From: Squalus acanthias
Lineage: Eukaryota
DNA length: 64,000 nucleotides
Direction: 5' to 3'
Assembly: GCA_030390025.1 (NCBI GenBank)
Contig: CM059432.1
Span: 153,080,001 to 153,144,000 of the forward strand
Shown here: positions 12,452 to 26,553 of the stretch, in pieces
Numbering within the stretch: the first letter of the stretch is position 1
Layout: each line of letters begins with the position of its first letter
Notes under the pieces: model-generated
Database searches by the model: none
Seen by the model: only the letters and a program-made list of their open reading frames with translations
Told to the model about the DNA's origin: nothing
Translations under genes and position numbers: made by a program

Positions 12452-12828
12452 TCCAACAACAACTTGTATTTATATAGCATTTTGAGCACAGTAACACATC
12501 CCATTGTGGTTCACAGGAACATAATCAGAAAAATAAATTGACATCAAGCCAAAGAAGGAGACATCAGGACAGGTGACTAAAAGCTTGGCCAAAGTGGTAG
12601 GTTTCAAGGAGCGTCTTAAAGGAGGGGAGAGGCGGAGAGGTGTAGGGAGGGAATTACAGAGCTTAGGGTCGAGACAGCTGAAGGCACGGCCGCCAATGGG
12701 GGGAGGGGGGGAGGAAATCGTGGATGCACAAGAAGCCGGAATTGGAGGAATGCAGCGTTCATGGAGGGTTGTAGGGCTGGAGGAGGTTACAGAGATAGAG
12801 AGGAGAACACTATGGAGGGATTTGAACA
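12452..12828 (-). mobile_element. L2-type LINE 3' fragment
   Basis: ORF 12470-12829 contains GGRAFS..PKLCNSLP, typical of the L2 ORF2 C-terminus, and a (TTG)n tail. Confidence 0.75.
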
Positions 12829-13092
12829 CATAGAATTACATAAAGTCTACAGCACAGAAACAGGCCATTTGGCCCAACTGGCCTATGCTGGCGTTTATGC
12901 TCCACATGAGCCTCCTCCCACCCCTCTTCATCTCACCCTATCAGCATATCCCTCTATTCCTTTCTCCCTCATGTGCTTACCTAGGTTCCCCTTAAATGCA
13001 TCGATGCTATTTGCCTCAAAAGCTCCTCACAGTAGCACATTCCACGTTCTGACCACTCTTTAGGGAAAGAAGTTTCTCTTGAATTTCCTGTT
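12829..13092 (-). mobile_element. CR1 LINE 3' end fragment
   Basis: Reverse complement resembles the 3' end of the CR1 at 8850-9097. Confidence 0.75.
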
Positions 13093-13510
13093 GAGCTCGA
13101 AGTGCATTGCGTGCCATATTGATATAAGCATCAAAAGAGGTGTATAGGGCCCATGTCTAAAACAGGCATTAACCCCTTTGCAAATGCAAATATAGGCCTA
13201 TTGCTTGTTTGACATCCCCCTTACCAAGCTGGTTTTCCCTGAACGTAGCAGTGCCGGTTCGGGCGTTCAGCAAAACCAGGTCTACCTGCAGCCTATCCAA
13301 ATTCAAATGGTCCTCAGGGCGAGCTGACTGGGGATGCCCAGCAGGTGTCTGCAGCTCACCAGCCTGCTGTAACTGAGGCCCGAGACGCAATATTCGGGTG
13401 GGCCTCGGGCCTACTCTTTCAGCGCAAGGATTGATCGTGCCTGCCTACCAATTTCTAGAGCAATATTTGTCCACCTGTTCAGGTGGATGTAAAAGATACC
13501 ACAACATTAT

Positions 13511-14173
13511 GGCTCGGAATCTGCAGTGGGTAATAACAGCGAACGAACAGTGTTCGCTATTATTACCCCTTTGAAACTGAACGCAACTTCAGGATTTAGC
13601 ACATGCTCATCAATGGGCGCCTATATGGCGCTCTCATTCCACGCCAGAAGAGTGCCACCTGCCATATTGGTAAAGGCTCCTGCAGAGACGTTCAAGGCGG
13701 GCACCTGATACAGGCATCAGGCCTTTTGTATATGCAAAATGGTGGCCTAACACCTGTTTGAGACCCCCCTTTGCAAAATTTGTTTGCGCTGTGCCTGCTG
13801 CAGTCCGTATTCTCAAGGGCTTGGCACCTAAGTTGGTGGTTCTTAAAGGGAAGAGTTTTAATTTTTTTACTTACCTCATCGTGGAGCCAGGAGCAGCAGG
13901 AGTCCTCCACCCGGCTCCACATTAAATCTGTGGGCTGCTGCCGGCCTCCACCCACTCAGCTCCCGATTGCTTGCTCCACCTAGACTCTCATTGAGACCTT
14001 GGCCGGCATCCGAGCCAGTCAATCTAGGTGCCTCCCAGGATCACGAATGGTGCCTGTAGCTTGCCAGTAATAAATAAGTGAGGCCGACGGACCGATTTTC
14101 TGTGGCCGTGCCTCCAGACTCTTCAGGCACCTGCAGCATGAACAGCACCAGGACCACAATCCGATTTCTAGGC
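13511..14173. mobile_element. Probable degenerate Harbinger-type non-autonomous element
   Basis: GC-rich block ending CCGATTTCTAGGC, like the H1/H4 TIR. The left TIR is poor and there is no clean TSD. Confidence 0.45.
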
Positions 14174-15149
14174 TAACATCTCAGCAATGCAGCACTCCCT
14201 CAGTCTGGCACTGACCCAGATTACGCACTCATGTTCAGTGGGGCTGATGAACCCACAACCCTCTAACTCAAACACGAGAGTGCTGCCACTGAGCCAGGGC
14301 TGACACGGCAAGCAGAGCCAATTGAAACCAGTCCTTTCAGCAGCTACATTCAAACAGACTACGCACAGTCGCCAACTCACAAGATTGCACAGTGCCCGGA
14401 ACTGCCATATTCCTTTCCAATGACATGTTTTAATGTAAGGTAGGTCCTCTGTTTCTACACTTTTTCTTCTACAAATACTTTTAAACAAAAACAAAACGCT
14501 ACAATTATTTACTGACTGTTCAAATAGAACAGCTTTAAAAGTCCTAGCGTGATATCCCATTTAAACGTCACATGAACGGGTAAAGGCACTGTCTAGTGTA
14601 GTTCTAAACCTTACAAACCAAAAGGTTCCAGGTGCCAGGTCACCAGTGTGAACAGATTGCAGTTACGGTGCTCGAATTGGCCTCAGGATAAGGGAGAGGG
14701 GAGAAAAATCATCCATCAGGGTTCCCACCCCTGGTCACTGTCCAATGGCTCCTGTGGAGAAGTGTCTATGGAGGCAATGAATGAGAACAGAAATGGGCTT
14801 GAGTGTGATGCCCTCCGTGGTTGGATAGCCTATCTCTCCAGGTTCACACATATAGAATGGCTGCTTCATGGATCCCATGGAAAGATGGCATAGCAAGATC
14901 AAGGGCAGAGACCTGAAAAATCACACATATCTGAATCTGTATATGATTTAATTCATGGTTAGATATGACATCACACAGGGTATGGACTGGTATTCTCTAT
15001 TTACCTGTCACAATGATACCTGCGCATTATTTTCCTTTTAACATTTGAACAATTCTAATTGTACTGTTGTCACACTATGATGCAGTATTGATGTTCTTAA
15101 ACTATTCTAGGGATCCTATATTTTAATGTATTATTCTTTTACATAATCT

Positions 15150-15515
15150 AGGCTGACAATTCAGTGCAGTACCGAGGGAGCACTGCACTGTCAGAGGTGC
15201 TGTCTTTTGGATGAGACGTTAAACGTCTGCCCGCTCAGGTGGACCTAAAATATCACATGACACTATTTCGAAGAAGAGCAGGAGAGTTCTCCCCGGTGTC
15301 CTGGCCAATATTGATCCCTCAACCAACATTACTAAAACAGATTATCTGGTCAATATCGCATTGCTGTTTGTGGGATCTTGCTGTGCACAAATTGTCTGCC
15401 ACATTTCCTACATTACGGCAGTGACTACACTTCAAAAGTACTTCATTGGCTGTAAAGCGCTTTGGAAGTTTTGAGGTCTTGAAAGGCCCTATAAGTTATA
15501 TAGTGCAAGTACTTT
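15150..15515 (+). mobile_element. Deu-domain SINE
   Basis: CAGTGCAGTACCGAGGGAGCACTGCACTGTCAGAGGTGC...CAGGTGGAC core, collinear with the other copies. Confidence 0.8.
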
Positions 15516-16644
15516 TTTATATATATATTATAATAAATATACTATTATTAATGTGATTCGAACAATGACTTAACTACAGGATGGGGATGTTTTTAACTAG
15601 TCAGTTAGCACTATTCAAGCCACTTTCTACATCCTTAATATTAAAAACAGAGGCCAGAGCACAGCAGAAACCAAGTGAAGGAGGCAGGGCATGACTGAAA
15701 CTTAAAGTACTGCAAGTCTTCAGCTGGGTGCAGGATTCACCCTGCCTGTGATCTATATTTGTTCAACAGGATCTGCCGATGCACACTGAGGAATAATACA
15801 CGAAGTAGAAGTGATTATTCCCACCCTCCAAAGTCTCATTTGCAAGATATAGCTGAGCTATTCCATTATGAGGGTATCCAAGGGACAAGTACATTTGCTA
15901 TGGAGACTGGGGTGTTGTCTTGCTTTCAGGATTTTACATTTTGATGATATTTGAGTGGTTATTAGCTTGTCTGGAACAGATTTCTTTTACAAAAATGTAA
16001 AGGTTTTAAATTTGGGTATGTGCAGCAAGCACATGCAAACCACAAAGTACTATACTTCGCAATCTCAGAACTGGGCGTGAGTTGAATAAAGGGCGAGTGA
16101 GCCATTTCTTGCCCCATTTCCTTATGTTTGGAGGCAACTGAGGACAAAACACCCCCAATAGACTAAGTCTGATTATACAGCTTTCCAAACATATCTAGGT
16201 AGTGAGGGCGCATCCTGAACACCTAATAAAATAAGTAGTTCTAATGTAAGTGTGGTCAGCTCTTTTTAAGGTCAGAAATATTAAGGAGATGCGAGAGGTC
16301 TAAGGGTTGAGAAAGAATGTTTACAAGTTCATGGAAGATCCAATTTCGTCATAGAAATGACCTTCAGAAGTCAAGAATGCCCGCTGAACGTATGGGTCGA
16401 TTACACTCGACATTGGTGTGAGATTGTGTATTTACATTTCTGAATTATCAGCACAATTGTTTTCTTGTGCAGACGAAGGAAACAAAAACACAACAAAAAA
16501 GCGAATACAACAGATTTCTTTACAGATTGCACAGACAGCAGCTCTGAGCTATCAGGCAGTATCTCAATCAGCAGTAGATGGGTAGAGAATGCACAGCTTA
16601 AGGGCTGGGGTGAAGGTAGAAAGTTTGATACATTTGATTTCAGT

Positions 16645-17047
16645 GTCAGCCTTGGCTCTGTGGTAGCCCTCTCACCTCTGTGTCCTATTCCAGACACGCG
16701 AGTCAATAATCAAGGCCGACACTTTAGTGCAGTACTGAGGGAGTGGCGTACTGTCGGAAGCCACATCTGCCTTATCAGTTGGACATAGAAGTACCCATGG
16801 CACTATTCGAAGAAAAGGAGGGGAGGTCTCCAGGCCAATATTTATACCTCCGCCAACATCACCATAACAGATTATCTGGTAATTATCACATTGCAGTTTT
16901 TGGAATCTTGCTGTGCGCAAATTGGCTGCCGTGTTTCCCTACATTACAACAGTGATTACACTTCAAAAGTACCTAATTGGCTGTAAACCACTTTGGGATG
17001 TCCTGTGGTCGTGAAATGTGCTATGTAAATGCAATTCTTTCTTTCTT
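16645..17047 (+). mobile_element. Deu-domain SINE
   Basis: tRNA-like head start CTTGGCTCTGTGGTAGC, Deu core, and a (CTTT)n tail. Confidence 0.8.
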
Positions 17048-17307
17048 TAATAGATGGATGACTGCTGGGAAGATTCCTACTATCCTCTTTAACTATTGCT
17101 GATGACACTAATCATGATGACAATTAGGCCCATGTTAAAACCATTGTACTTGTTCAGCATCAACACGTAGGACACCAAGAAGCTAGGTGATAAGCAGGAC
17201 AAAGAGGGTTCTGCTGATGTGACTGTTAAGGAAGAGGCATCACTGGTATGGAGATAACGGCATCATTAGTTAATCTCTGTGTTCTTTATTGAACTCAACA
17301 GATGTGG

Positions 17308-18756
17308 TAGTTTGGATTGGAAGGTAGCAAACTTAACCCCGCTATTTAAGAAAGGAGGAAGAGAAAAAATGGAGAACTATAGGCATCAGTAGTAGGCAAA
17401 ATGCTAGAATCTATTTTAGGGACGTGGTAACAGGGCACTTAGAAAATCATAATATGATTAGGCAGAGTCAACACAGATTTCTGAAAGGGAAATCGTGTTT
17501 GACAAATCTGTTTTTTGAAGATGTAACTAGTAGGATGGATAAGGGGAACCAGTGGATGTGGTGTATTTGGATTTTCAAAAAGCATTCAATAAGGTGCCAC
17601 ACAAGAGGTTATTGCACAAAATTAGGACATGGGATTGGGGGTAATATAGTAGCATGGATTGAGGATTGGTTAATGGACAGAAAACAGAGAGTCGGGATAA
17701 ATGGGACTTTTTAGGGTTGGCAGGCTGTAACTGGCGGGGTACCGCAAGGATCACTGCTTGGGCCTCAGCTATTTACAATCTATATTAATGATTTAGATGA
17801 AGGGACTGAGTGTAACATATCCAAGTTTGCTGATGATACAAAGTTAGGTGGGAAAGTAAGCTGTGAGGAGGACGCAAAGAGGCTGCAGAGGGATATAGAC
17901 AGGTTGACTAAGTGGGCAAGAACATGGCAAATGGAATACAATGTGGGGAAGTTATCCACTTTGGTAGGAAAAACAAAAATGCAGAATATTTTTTGAATGG
18001 TGAGAGATTGGGAAATGTTGGTGTTCAGAGGGACCTGGGTGTCCTTGTACATGAATCACAGACAGTTAACATGCAGGTACAGCAAGCAATTAGGAAAGCA
18101 AATGGTATGTTAGCTTTTGTTACAAAGGGATTAGAGTATAAGAGTAAAGAAGTCTTACTACAATTATACAGGGCATTGGTGAGGCCACACCTGGAGTACT
18201 GTGCACAGTTCTGGTCTCCTTACCTAAGGAAAGACATACTTGCCTTAGAGGGAGTGCAGCGAAGGTTCACCAGACTGGTTCCTGGGATGAGGGGATTGCC
18301 CTATGAGGAGAGACTGAGTAGACTAGGCCTATATTCCCTAGAGTTTAGAAGAATGAGAGGTGATCTAATTGAAACATATAAAATTATTAAGGGGCATAAC
18401 AGAGTAGATGCAGGGAGAATGTTTCCCCTGGCTGGGGAGTCTAGAACCAGGGGTCACAGTCTCAGAATAAGGGATCGATCATTTAGGACTGAGATGAGGA
18501 GAAATTTCTTCACTCAAATGGTTGTGAATCTTTGGAATTCTCTACCCCAGAGGGCTGTGGATGCTCAGTCGTTAAGTATATTCAAGACAGAGGTCGATAA
18601 ATTTTTGAGAACTAAGGGAATTAAGGGATATGGGGATAGTGTAGGAAAGTGGAGTTTAAGTAGAAGATCAGCCATGATCTTATTGAATGGCGGAGCAGGC
18701 TTGAAAGGTCAAATGACCGACTCCTGCTCCTATTTCTTATATTCTTATATCCTTAT
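17308..18756 (+). mobile_element. 5'-truncated degenerate CR1 LINE
   Basis: ORFs 17424-17714 and 17912-18838 carry CR1 RT and C-terminal motifs. Tail is (TTCTTATA)-like. Confidence 0.93.
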
Positions 18757-18892
18757 GTGTGCTAACATCAGGAAAGCTGCCAGTTTGCTTGTAAAAACCC
18801 AACTAGTTCCCCACTGTCCTTCAGGGAATGGAAACTAGCCCCACTCCGCTCTCAACCTATCTGGCCTACATGTGATGCCAATCCCACTCTAT

Positions 18893-20169
18893 GGCTGGAA
18901 TTTTCTCCAGGTAGGTGGGTTGGGGGCAGGGGTCTCCGAGGCAGTTGGGAAACCCGGGAGGCCAGGTTTCCCGCAGGCCCTGCCAACTTTAACGGCAGGG
19001 CCTGATTTGCATGTGAGACCTCGGATTCTCGCCCGCAGCCAGCCAGATTGAGAGGCTGGCCGCCTGTGGGGGGGTAGACCTGTGGAGAGGGAGCGAGGGG
19101 TCGGTCCGGGGGAGGGATCGCGGGGTGGGGGGGGGGGGGTGCGTGGGGGTTGGGATTGGCAATGGAGGATCAGGGATTGCGGGGGGTGTTGGGGGATCGA
19201 CAGGGGGCGGTCGCCCGGAGATTGGCGGGGGTGGGGGGTCGGCCAGGGATCGGGGAGGTCGGGGATCGGCAGGGGAGGGGGAGAGGATCGGGGCCTGCCT
19301 CAACATCATCGGTGGGGGGGGGCGGGGGGGAGGCCTCATGGTGGGGATCGGAGGCCTGGGATGTGATCGGAGGTCTCGTGGGGGGGTCTCCGATCGTGGA
19401 AGGTGGGCTAGGTAGGGACCCTGGAGGTGTAAAGCCACTTACCTCCTGGATGCAACAATCCCCGCACGGTTTAACTGCCGGATTTCACGAATTGTGTGAA
19501 ACCCGTCCACATGCAGTTAGATTCAAAATGGAGGAGAAACATAGAAACATAGAAACATAGAATCTAGGAGCAGGAGTAGGCCATTCGGCCCGTCGAGCCT
19601 GCTCCGCCATTCAATACGATCATGGCTGATCATCCAAATCCAGTACCCTGTCCCTGCTTTAATCCCCACAGTACACATATCCCACCCTACCCCCGTAACC
19701 CCACGTATTTAATTCCCCCTAACATATCCCATCCTATCCCCATAACCCCACATATTTAATCCCCCCTAACAGTAAGGGTCAATTTATCATAGCCAAATCA
19801 ACCTAACCCACACATTTTTGGACTGTGGGAGGAAACCGGAGCACCCGGAGGAAACCCACGCAGACACGGGGAGAATGTGCAAACTCCACACAGACAGTCA
19901 CCCGAGGTCAGATTCGAACCCGGGTCTCTGGCGCTGTGAGGCACCAGTGCTAACCACTATGCCACCGTGTTGCCCTTCCAGCCTCATTATAATATTTAAA
20001 TTGACGTCCCGCCTCCTGGGTGCGGGTTGGCTGCCCGCCCCCATCCCGCCTCCGTTAAAACCAGAAGTGGGTGGGTTCGAGGCGGGATCAGGTCAGGAAT
20101 CCCATTTTTAACAATTTAACTGCCCCCACGCTCCAAAACCACCCATTTCTTTAGGCGAAAATTCCGGCC
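18893..20169. mobile_element. Non-autonomous Harbinger-type element with a G-rich core and a SINE insert
   Basis: TIRs GGCTGGAATTTT / AAAATTCCGGCC, flanks TAT/CAT. Confidence 0.75.
19535..19975 (-). mobile_element. tRNA-derived V-SINE (HE1-like) with CR1-derived 3' tail
   Basis: Minus strand has A box GTGGCATAGTGG, B box GGTTCGAATC, V-domain TGCGTGGGTTTCCTCCGGGTGCTCCGGTTTCCTCCCACA and tail (CTATGTTT)n. Confidence 0.9.
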
Positions 20170-22477
20170 CATGTGTTGACTCTAAATGTCCTCAGGGCAA
20201 CCAAGGATGGGCAATAAATCCCAATAAAAAACTAAAAAAAGGTCAGCTGGTATGGAGCTCAACACACCAGAAATGGTTCTCAGTAGAGAGGGAATGCCTG
20301 CGACAGAAGTCGACTTATAAAATAGACCTGCCTGATGAAAGCTGCCTATCCCCATTCAGACATTTTTTTTCATACAGAACATTGAGTCTGTTGCTTTTTG
20401 GACCAGTAGGCCATTGACTGGCGTTCGGTCGGCTTGTTGATGGCGTTAGTCGTGCAGGAGCGCTCAACAGAGAGGACCGTGTATAATTCCTCTCTTCCCT
20501 TTTAACAATTCTTTGGTGAAATTTTTTTTTGGAATTGTGACATTTAGTTCATGGCCTGTTCTGGGGTAAAAACTAGAACCAGGGGCAGGAAAGGGGATAA
20601 TTGGCAAGTGATTTGGTTGCTTTAGGAACATAGGAACAGGAGGAGGCCATTGAGCCCCTCGAGCCTGTTCCAACATTCAATGAGATCATGGCTGATCTGC
20701 GACCTAACTCCATATACCCGTCTTTGGCCCCGTATCCCTTAATACCTTTGGTTAACAAAAATCTATCAATCTCCTATTTAAAATTAACAATTGATCTAGC
20801 ATCAATTGCCGTTTGCGGAAGAGAGTTCCAAACTTCTACCACCCTTTGTGTGTTGAAGTGTTTCCTAATTTCACTCCTGAAAGGTCTGGCTGTAATTTTT
20901 AGACTCTGCCCCCTAGTCCTAGACTCCCCAACCAGCGGAAATAGTTTCTCTCTCTCTACCCTATCTGTTCCCCTTAGTATCTTAAAAACTTCGATCAGAT
21001 CACCCCTTAACCTTCTAAATTCTAGGGAATAAAACCCTAATTTGTGTAATCGCTCCTCGTAATTTAATCCTTGGAGTCCGGGTATCATTCTGGTAAACCT
21101 ACTGCTGCACTCCCTCCAAGGCCAATATATCCTTCCTCAGGTGTGATGCCCAGAACTGCTCACAGTGCTCCAGGTGAAGTCTAACCAGGGTTTTGTACAG
21201 CTGCAGCATAACTTCTACCCCCTTGTATTCTAGTCCTCTAGATATAAAGGCCAGTATCCCATTAGCCTTTTTGATTATTTTCTGTACCTGTTCATGACAT
21301 TTTAATGATCTACGTACCTGGACCCCCAAGTCTCTTTGGACCTCCACTGTTTTTAGCTTTTCACCATTTAGAAAGTACCCTGTTCTATCCTTTTTAGGTC
21401 CAAAGTGGATGACCTCACATTTGCCTACATTGAAATCCATTTGCCACAGTTTTGTCCATTCACTTAATCTGTCGATATCCCTTTGCAATTTTATGCTTTC
21501 ATCTACACTGCCTACAATGCCGCCTATCTTTGTGTCATCGGCAAATTTGGACATATGACTTTCTATGCCATCATCTAGGTTGTCAATAAATACTGTGAAT
21601 AGTTGAGGCTCCAACACAGATCCCTGCGAGATACCACTAGTCACATCCTGCCAATTTGAGTACCTACCCATTATCCCTACTGTCTCCTGCCGCTCAGCCA
21701 ATTTCCTAACTAGGTCAATAATTTGCCTTCAATTCCATGGGCTTCTACCTTAGTTAACAGTCTCTTATGTGGGACTTTATCAAATGCCTTCTGGAAGTCC
21801 ATATAAATAACATCCATAGACATTCCCCTGTTCACGACATTAGTCACCTCCTCAAAAAATTCAATCAGGTCTGTCAGGCATGACCTACCTTTCACAAGTC
21901 CATGGTGGCTCTCTCTAATCAACTGAAAATTTGCGAGGTGTTCAGTCACCCTATCCTTAATTATAGACTCTAGGGGGAAAAGTTCGGTACCTTAGCGCCT
22001 CCCATTAACGGCAGCAGATGGCGCTAATGGGGCGCTAGAGCAGTTGTGCCGGGGCGACGTGAATCCAGCACCGCATGCCAAATCCCCCCCCCTCCCACAG
22101 CGCCGCCGGTAACAGTTATCGCCGGGAGCCTCAACGCCAGGTGGATAGTGATGTCAGTGAGTGTGCAACGCTCACTGACTGCCCGATCTGCAAAATTGAT
22201 TGTCACCACCTACCTTCGCGCCTGGAGGAAACAGCGACAGGGAGAGCTGGCGTGAAGCACCAGGAAGCTGGCTCCAGGGACGTTATTTAAAGGGATCATC
22301 AGTAATGAGTCACAGCTGTCAGGTTAGTGGAGTTTCAGTGGTTTCTTGTCAATTTCACATAGTCCAACAGTCTCATTCAGTAATTTAAAGGTTCTTTTGT
22401 ATCAGGAGTGTTGTAGCAACTAAAAAGTAGGTACATTTATTCTTAAAAAAATCAAATTGCTACACTTGGTTACATTA

Positions 22478-23603
22478 ATGGGGGCTGTACTGGCAGTCGA
22501 CCTCGCCATCCAGGATCTATGGCGGAGGCAGCGAGAAAGACTGGAACATGTGCCCAGAGGGAGGAGGAGGGCCATCAGGGCTCTCAACAGGAGGCCTTAC
22601 CCTCCGAGGGTATTCCAACAGCACTTCTCCTACCTCCAATTAAGCGAGGAGCAGTATTAGAAGGCTCCGCTTCACCAAGAAGTTGGTCACAGAACTCTGC
22701 CACTTCCTGCAACCAGACCTCGAGCCTCAGATCAGGGCAGTCAAGGTCACTGTCGCCTTCAATTTCATCGGCAGTGGATCCTCCCAGTCTGCAACAGGAG
22801 ACATAGCTAACATCTCGCAATTCGCCATCCATCACTGCATCCGGGAGGTCACAGAGGCTCTCTACAGTTGGAAAAGGGACTACATTTCCTTCCTCATCAC
22901 CAGAGATAAGCAGGACGAGCGTGCATGTGGCCTTGCCAGGATAGCGGGATTCCCCATGGTGCAGGGCGCCATTGACTACACCCATGTGGCTTTGCAGGCA
23001 CCGCATAACAATCCTGAGATCTTCCGTAACCGCAAACGATACCATTCACTTAATATGCAGTTGGTGTGCGACCACAGACAGCGAATCCTCAATGTCAATG
23101 CCCACTATCCTGGCAGCAGCCACGATGCCTTCATCCTGCACCAGACCGGTGTGCCAGCACTCTTCCAGCCACTACATGAAGTTCGCGGCTGGCTGCTTGG
23201 AGACAAGGGCTATCTGCTCTCCATCTGGCTCATGACTCCCCTCCGCAACCCCAACACTCCTGCCCACCACTCATATAATGAGAGCCATGCTGCCACCAGG
23301 AACATCATCAAACAGACCATCGGCCTGCTGAAGCAATGGTTCCGCTGTCTTGACTGCTCGGGAGGAGCCCTCCAGTACTCGGCTGAGCAGGTGTCCCATT
23401 TCGGCGTGGTCTGCTGCATGCTCCACGACTTTGCCATCATGAGGGCCCAGCCCTTGCCACCAGGGATTGCGGGACCACCTCAGGAGGAGGAAGAAGAGGA
23501 GGAAGAGGAGGAGGAGGAACAAGGGCGAGGGAGGAGGCAGCCACTCAATCGACCTTCCGGAAGGGCGGTCCGTGATCGCCTCATCAGGCAGTGGTTCAAA
23601 TGA
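22478..23603 (+). pseudogene. Harbinger transposase, frameshift near 22657 and catalytic E->K
   Basis: MGAV start, GAIDYTH, LLGDKGY and RNIIKQTIG (E in other copies). Short in-frame deletion near 22735. Confidence 0.92.
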
Positions 23604-23768
23604 ATTAAACCCCAGATCCCCGTTGCTCACCACCTCCCGATCATTCTATCCCTGTCGCAGGCTTTATCAGAGCACAAAGCTGAAATGAGACACACCACAA
23701 AAGAATCCAAACAGAATTAATAAATTTACCAAAAATCAGCGAACACATATTTACAACAAAAATATTAA

Positions 23769-25791
23769 CTATTCACCCTTGTGCAATCCCTTAGTGCTTC
23801 TTGTTACTGTGCCTTCGCCTACTCTCGTGCTCCAATGAAGTGTTGGCCCAGTGGCTGCAGCAAGGCTGGTGAAAGGCTGCTGAGTGTCTGTGCGGGAGAC
23901 TTCAGATGGCCTTGCAGGACGTCCTCGACCAGCTCTGAGCCTGGAAGGCCCAGCTGTAGACTGCACCACCTCAGGCAGGGTGGCAGCAGTCTGGGCTGGC
24001 TGGATGACAGGCAGCGACAAGGGCAATGGCGGAGTGGCAGTGGTGGGCACAGGAATGCTGTCATCCTGAGAGAGGACAGCAGGTTCCTGCTCCACTGACC
24101 CACTGCCACTCCCCCGGGGCAACACCTCAGCATCACTGCCAATCTGTTGGAGCACAGATTGCTGGCCTGCTGCGACACCGTGAAAGCCCCGGTCGACGGT
24201 GGTAGACCCAGCCACGATAGCAGCAGTCAGAGCTTGCGTGGCATCAAGCTGAGACTGCATGAGAAAAGTCTGAGATTGAATGGCACCAACCATAGACTGC
24301 ATTACAGCACTAAGACATTGCGTCGCTGCTGCCTGTGCTGCAATGGAAGCTGCCAGATCGCCCATCACACACGGCATCAGGTCTGGATCCGCACGGTCTC
24401 TCTGGGAGTCAACCATACCATCCTTTGCAGACTGGAAATGACGGGCTCCATGGTATGCGCAGAGCTTTGTCAATGTTGGAGGTGGACTCCTCCCCGCTCT
24501 TACCATTGCCGAGAGGCTCTCAGGCACCCTTACCATTGCACCTATCATCTCCGTGTGCATGCCCATCCACCTTCTTCTAAAGGCCTCCCCATCGAGGTCC
24601 TCATCTGAGTCCTGTGCAGCAGAACTCGCACGCGAACTTGCCCTCCGGGGAGCTGGCCCCTGAGCTACCCTTTCCCCCTGGCCTTGCTGCAGCCCACTCG
24701 TCTCCGGTGCCTCACCCTGTGCAGATCCCGCTACTATACTAGCCTCTAAAGAATGCGTAGTGCCAGTATCTGAGCTGGTGCCTGTGGGTGAGACATGCAG
24801 TGACGCGGTGTGTTCTTCCTCCTCCTCTTCTCCCCCCTCGCTCTCTACGGTGCCCTCGGGGACAGGCTGCTCAGGTGCTTGCTCATTATCTGAAAGCATA
24901 AAGGCACAAGAGTCGGGTTAAGGTGAGGGGAGGGGGGCAGGAAGGGAGAAATGCATACAGCATGATTAGCTGGAAAGTGCGAAACGGTTGTGGGGTGAGG
25001 GGGAGGTGGGATGTGAGAAGAAGGAGTCGGGATGAACATACCGTTGTTGTCCCCAAGGAGAGTCAATGTCGCCGGTGGCCACGGCGCCCACCACCTGGCG
25101 CCCAATGATCTCTAGCAGTTTATTTTCCACGCAGACAGTGGTTGGGTGTCGGCTTGTCCCCCGCCTGTGCGCTCCTGCTCCCTCCTGTTGTGAGCCACCT
25201 TGGCCTGCAAGAGAATGGAAAGTGTGTGAGTGAGTGTGGAGCAATGTGTTTGGGTGATGTGCCTGCCATAGTTGAATAGCTGTCATTGTGTGCAAGGTGT
25301 GAGATGTGGGTGTGAGTGTTGGTAGGTAGAGATTGTTGGTGGGTGAGTGCTGGGGGTGTGGTGCTTTGGCCAGTGTGTGCAGACTGAGGTTCAGATGGTG
25401 GTATGTAGCATTTGTTGAAGCATTGACTCACCCTGACCACCTGAGTGAGGTCGCTAAATTTCTTCCTGCACTGTGTGTGGGTCCTGGGGACCACAGTGCT
25501 GCCCAAGACGTGCTGTGCTACCTCCCTCCACATGGTGTGGAAGACTTGCGGTGAGGGCCTCCTGCCACTCGCCGGGTAGAGCACCGCCCTCAGTCTCTCC
25601 ACAGCGAACGCCAACGCCCCCAATGCTTGATCGCAGAATCTGCGGGCTCTCTCCCTGGGGCGTGGATCTGCCACGAGTACAGCTGCTTCAGTCCTCTGGC
25701 TCCTTCTCCTTGTCCTGCTTTTGCTTGTTGCGGCAGCTGCACAGCCAGCAATGCTGAGAATGAGATTCCGCAGCATCAATGAACCTCCCAT
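23769..25791 (-). pseudogene. Myb/SANT-like accessory gene of H2 (3 exons; exon 2 frameshifted)
   Basis: Exon 1 ends at 25432 (QCRKKFSDLTQVVR|GTGAGT). Exon 2 is 25204-25042 with an indel. Exon 3 is ORF 23769-24899. Confidence 0.85.
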
Positions 25792-26553
25792 TTAAGTACT
25801 GAAAAAAGGTCATGACTTGTGATTAGACTGCACCTGATATTGGTCCACCCTTTGAGTGTAACACCAATGAGCTTGGGCTTTACGACTTGATTTAGGACTC
25901 CAATCATTTTTTTGAGCAGTGAATACGAATTTTGCGTGCAGTCTAAAGCATTAGCGCCTGGTGCTAATTCTCCAACTTTTCTAATGACACCGCCCATTCC
26001 TGGGTTATAATGAATTCTAGCCCTAGCAATTTCCCGATAACAGATGTTAGGCTAACTGATCTATAATTCCCTGGTTTCCCTCTCTCGCCATTCTTAAATA
26101 GCAGAGTGACATGCGCAATTTTCCAATCTAAAGGAACGGTTCCTGAATCGAGAGAACTTTGGAAGATTATCGTTAGGGCATCTGCAATGTGCTCACCTAC
26201 TTCCTTTAAAACCCTGGCATGGAAACCATCTGGTCCTGGGGATTTGTCACTCTTTAGTGCCATTATTTTCTGCATTACTGTTATTTTACTTCTGTTAATT
26301 TTATTGAGTCCCTGTTCCTGATTCAATATTAGTTTCCTTGGGATTTCCGGAATGCCATCCTCTTCCTCTACTGACGCAAAGTAATTATTCAACATGTCCA
26401 CCATTTCCTTATTATAGAAACATAGAAGATAGGAGCAGGAGTAGGCCATTCGGCCCCTCTAGCCTGCACTGTCATTCAATGCGATCATGGCTGATCATCC
26501 AAATTCAGAACCCTGTCCCTGCTTTCTCCCCATATCCCTTGATCCCTTTAGCC

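Larger units (their letters stand above)
21974..26023. mobile_element. PIF/Harbinger transposon H2 (complete boundaries, inactive)
   Basis: TSD TAG/TAG inside the CR1. Imperfect TIRs GGGGAAAAGTTC / GAATTCTAGCCC. Two convergent genes. Confidence 0.93.

Noticed and set aside
18989..19560. Pro-rich and Gly-rich ORFs
   Set aside because: They come from the low-complexity G-rich core of a MITE, with the same pattern inverted at 8150-8350.
19895..19975. tRNA gene
   Set aside because: It is the tRNA-derived head of a V-SINE, continuous with the V domain and CR1-type tail.
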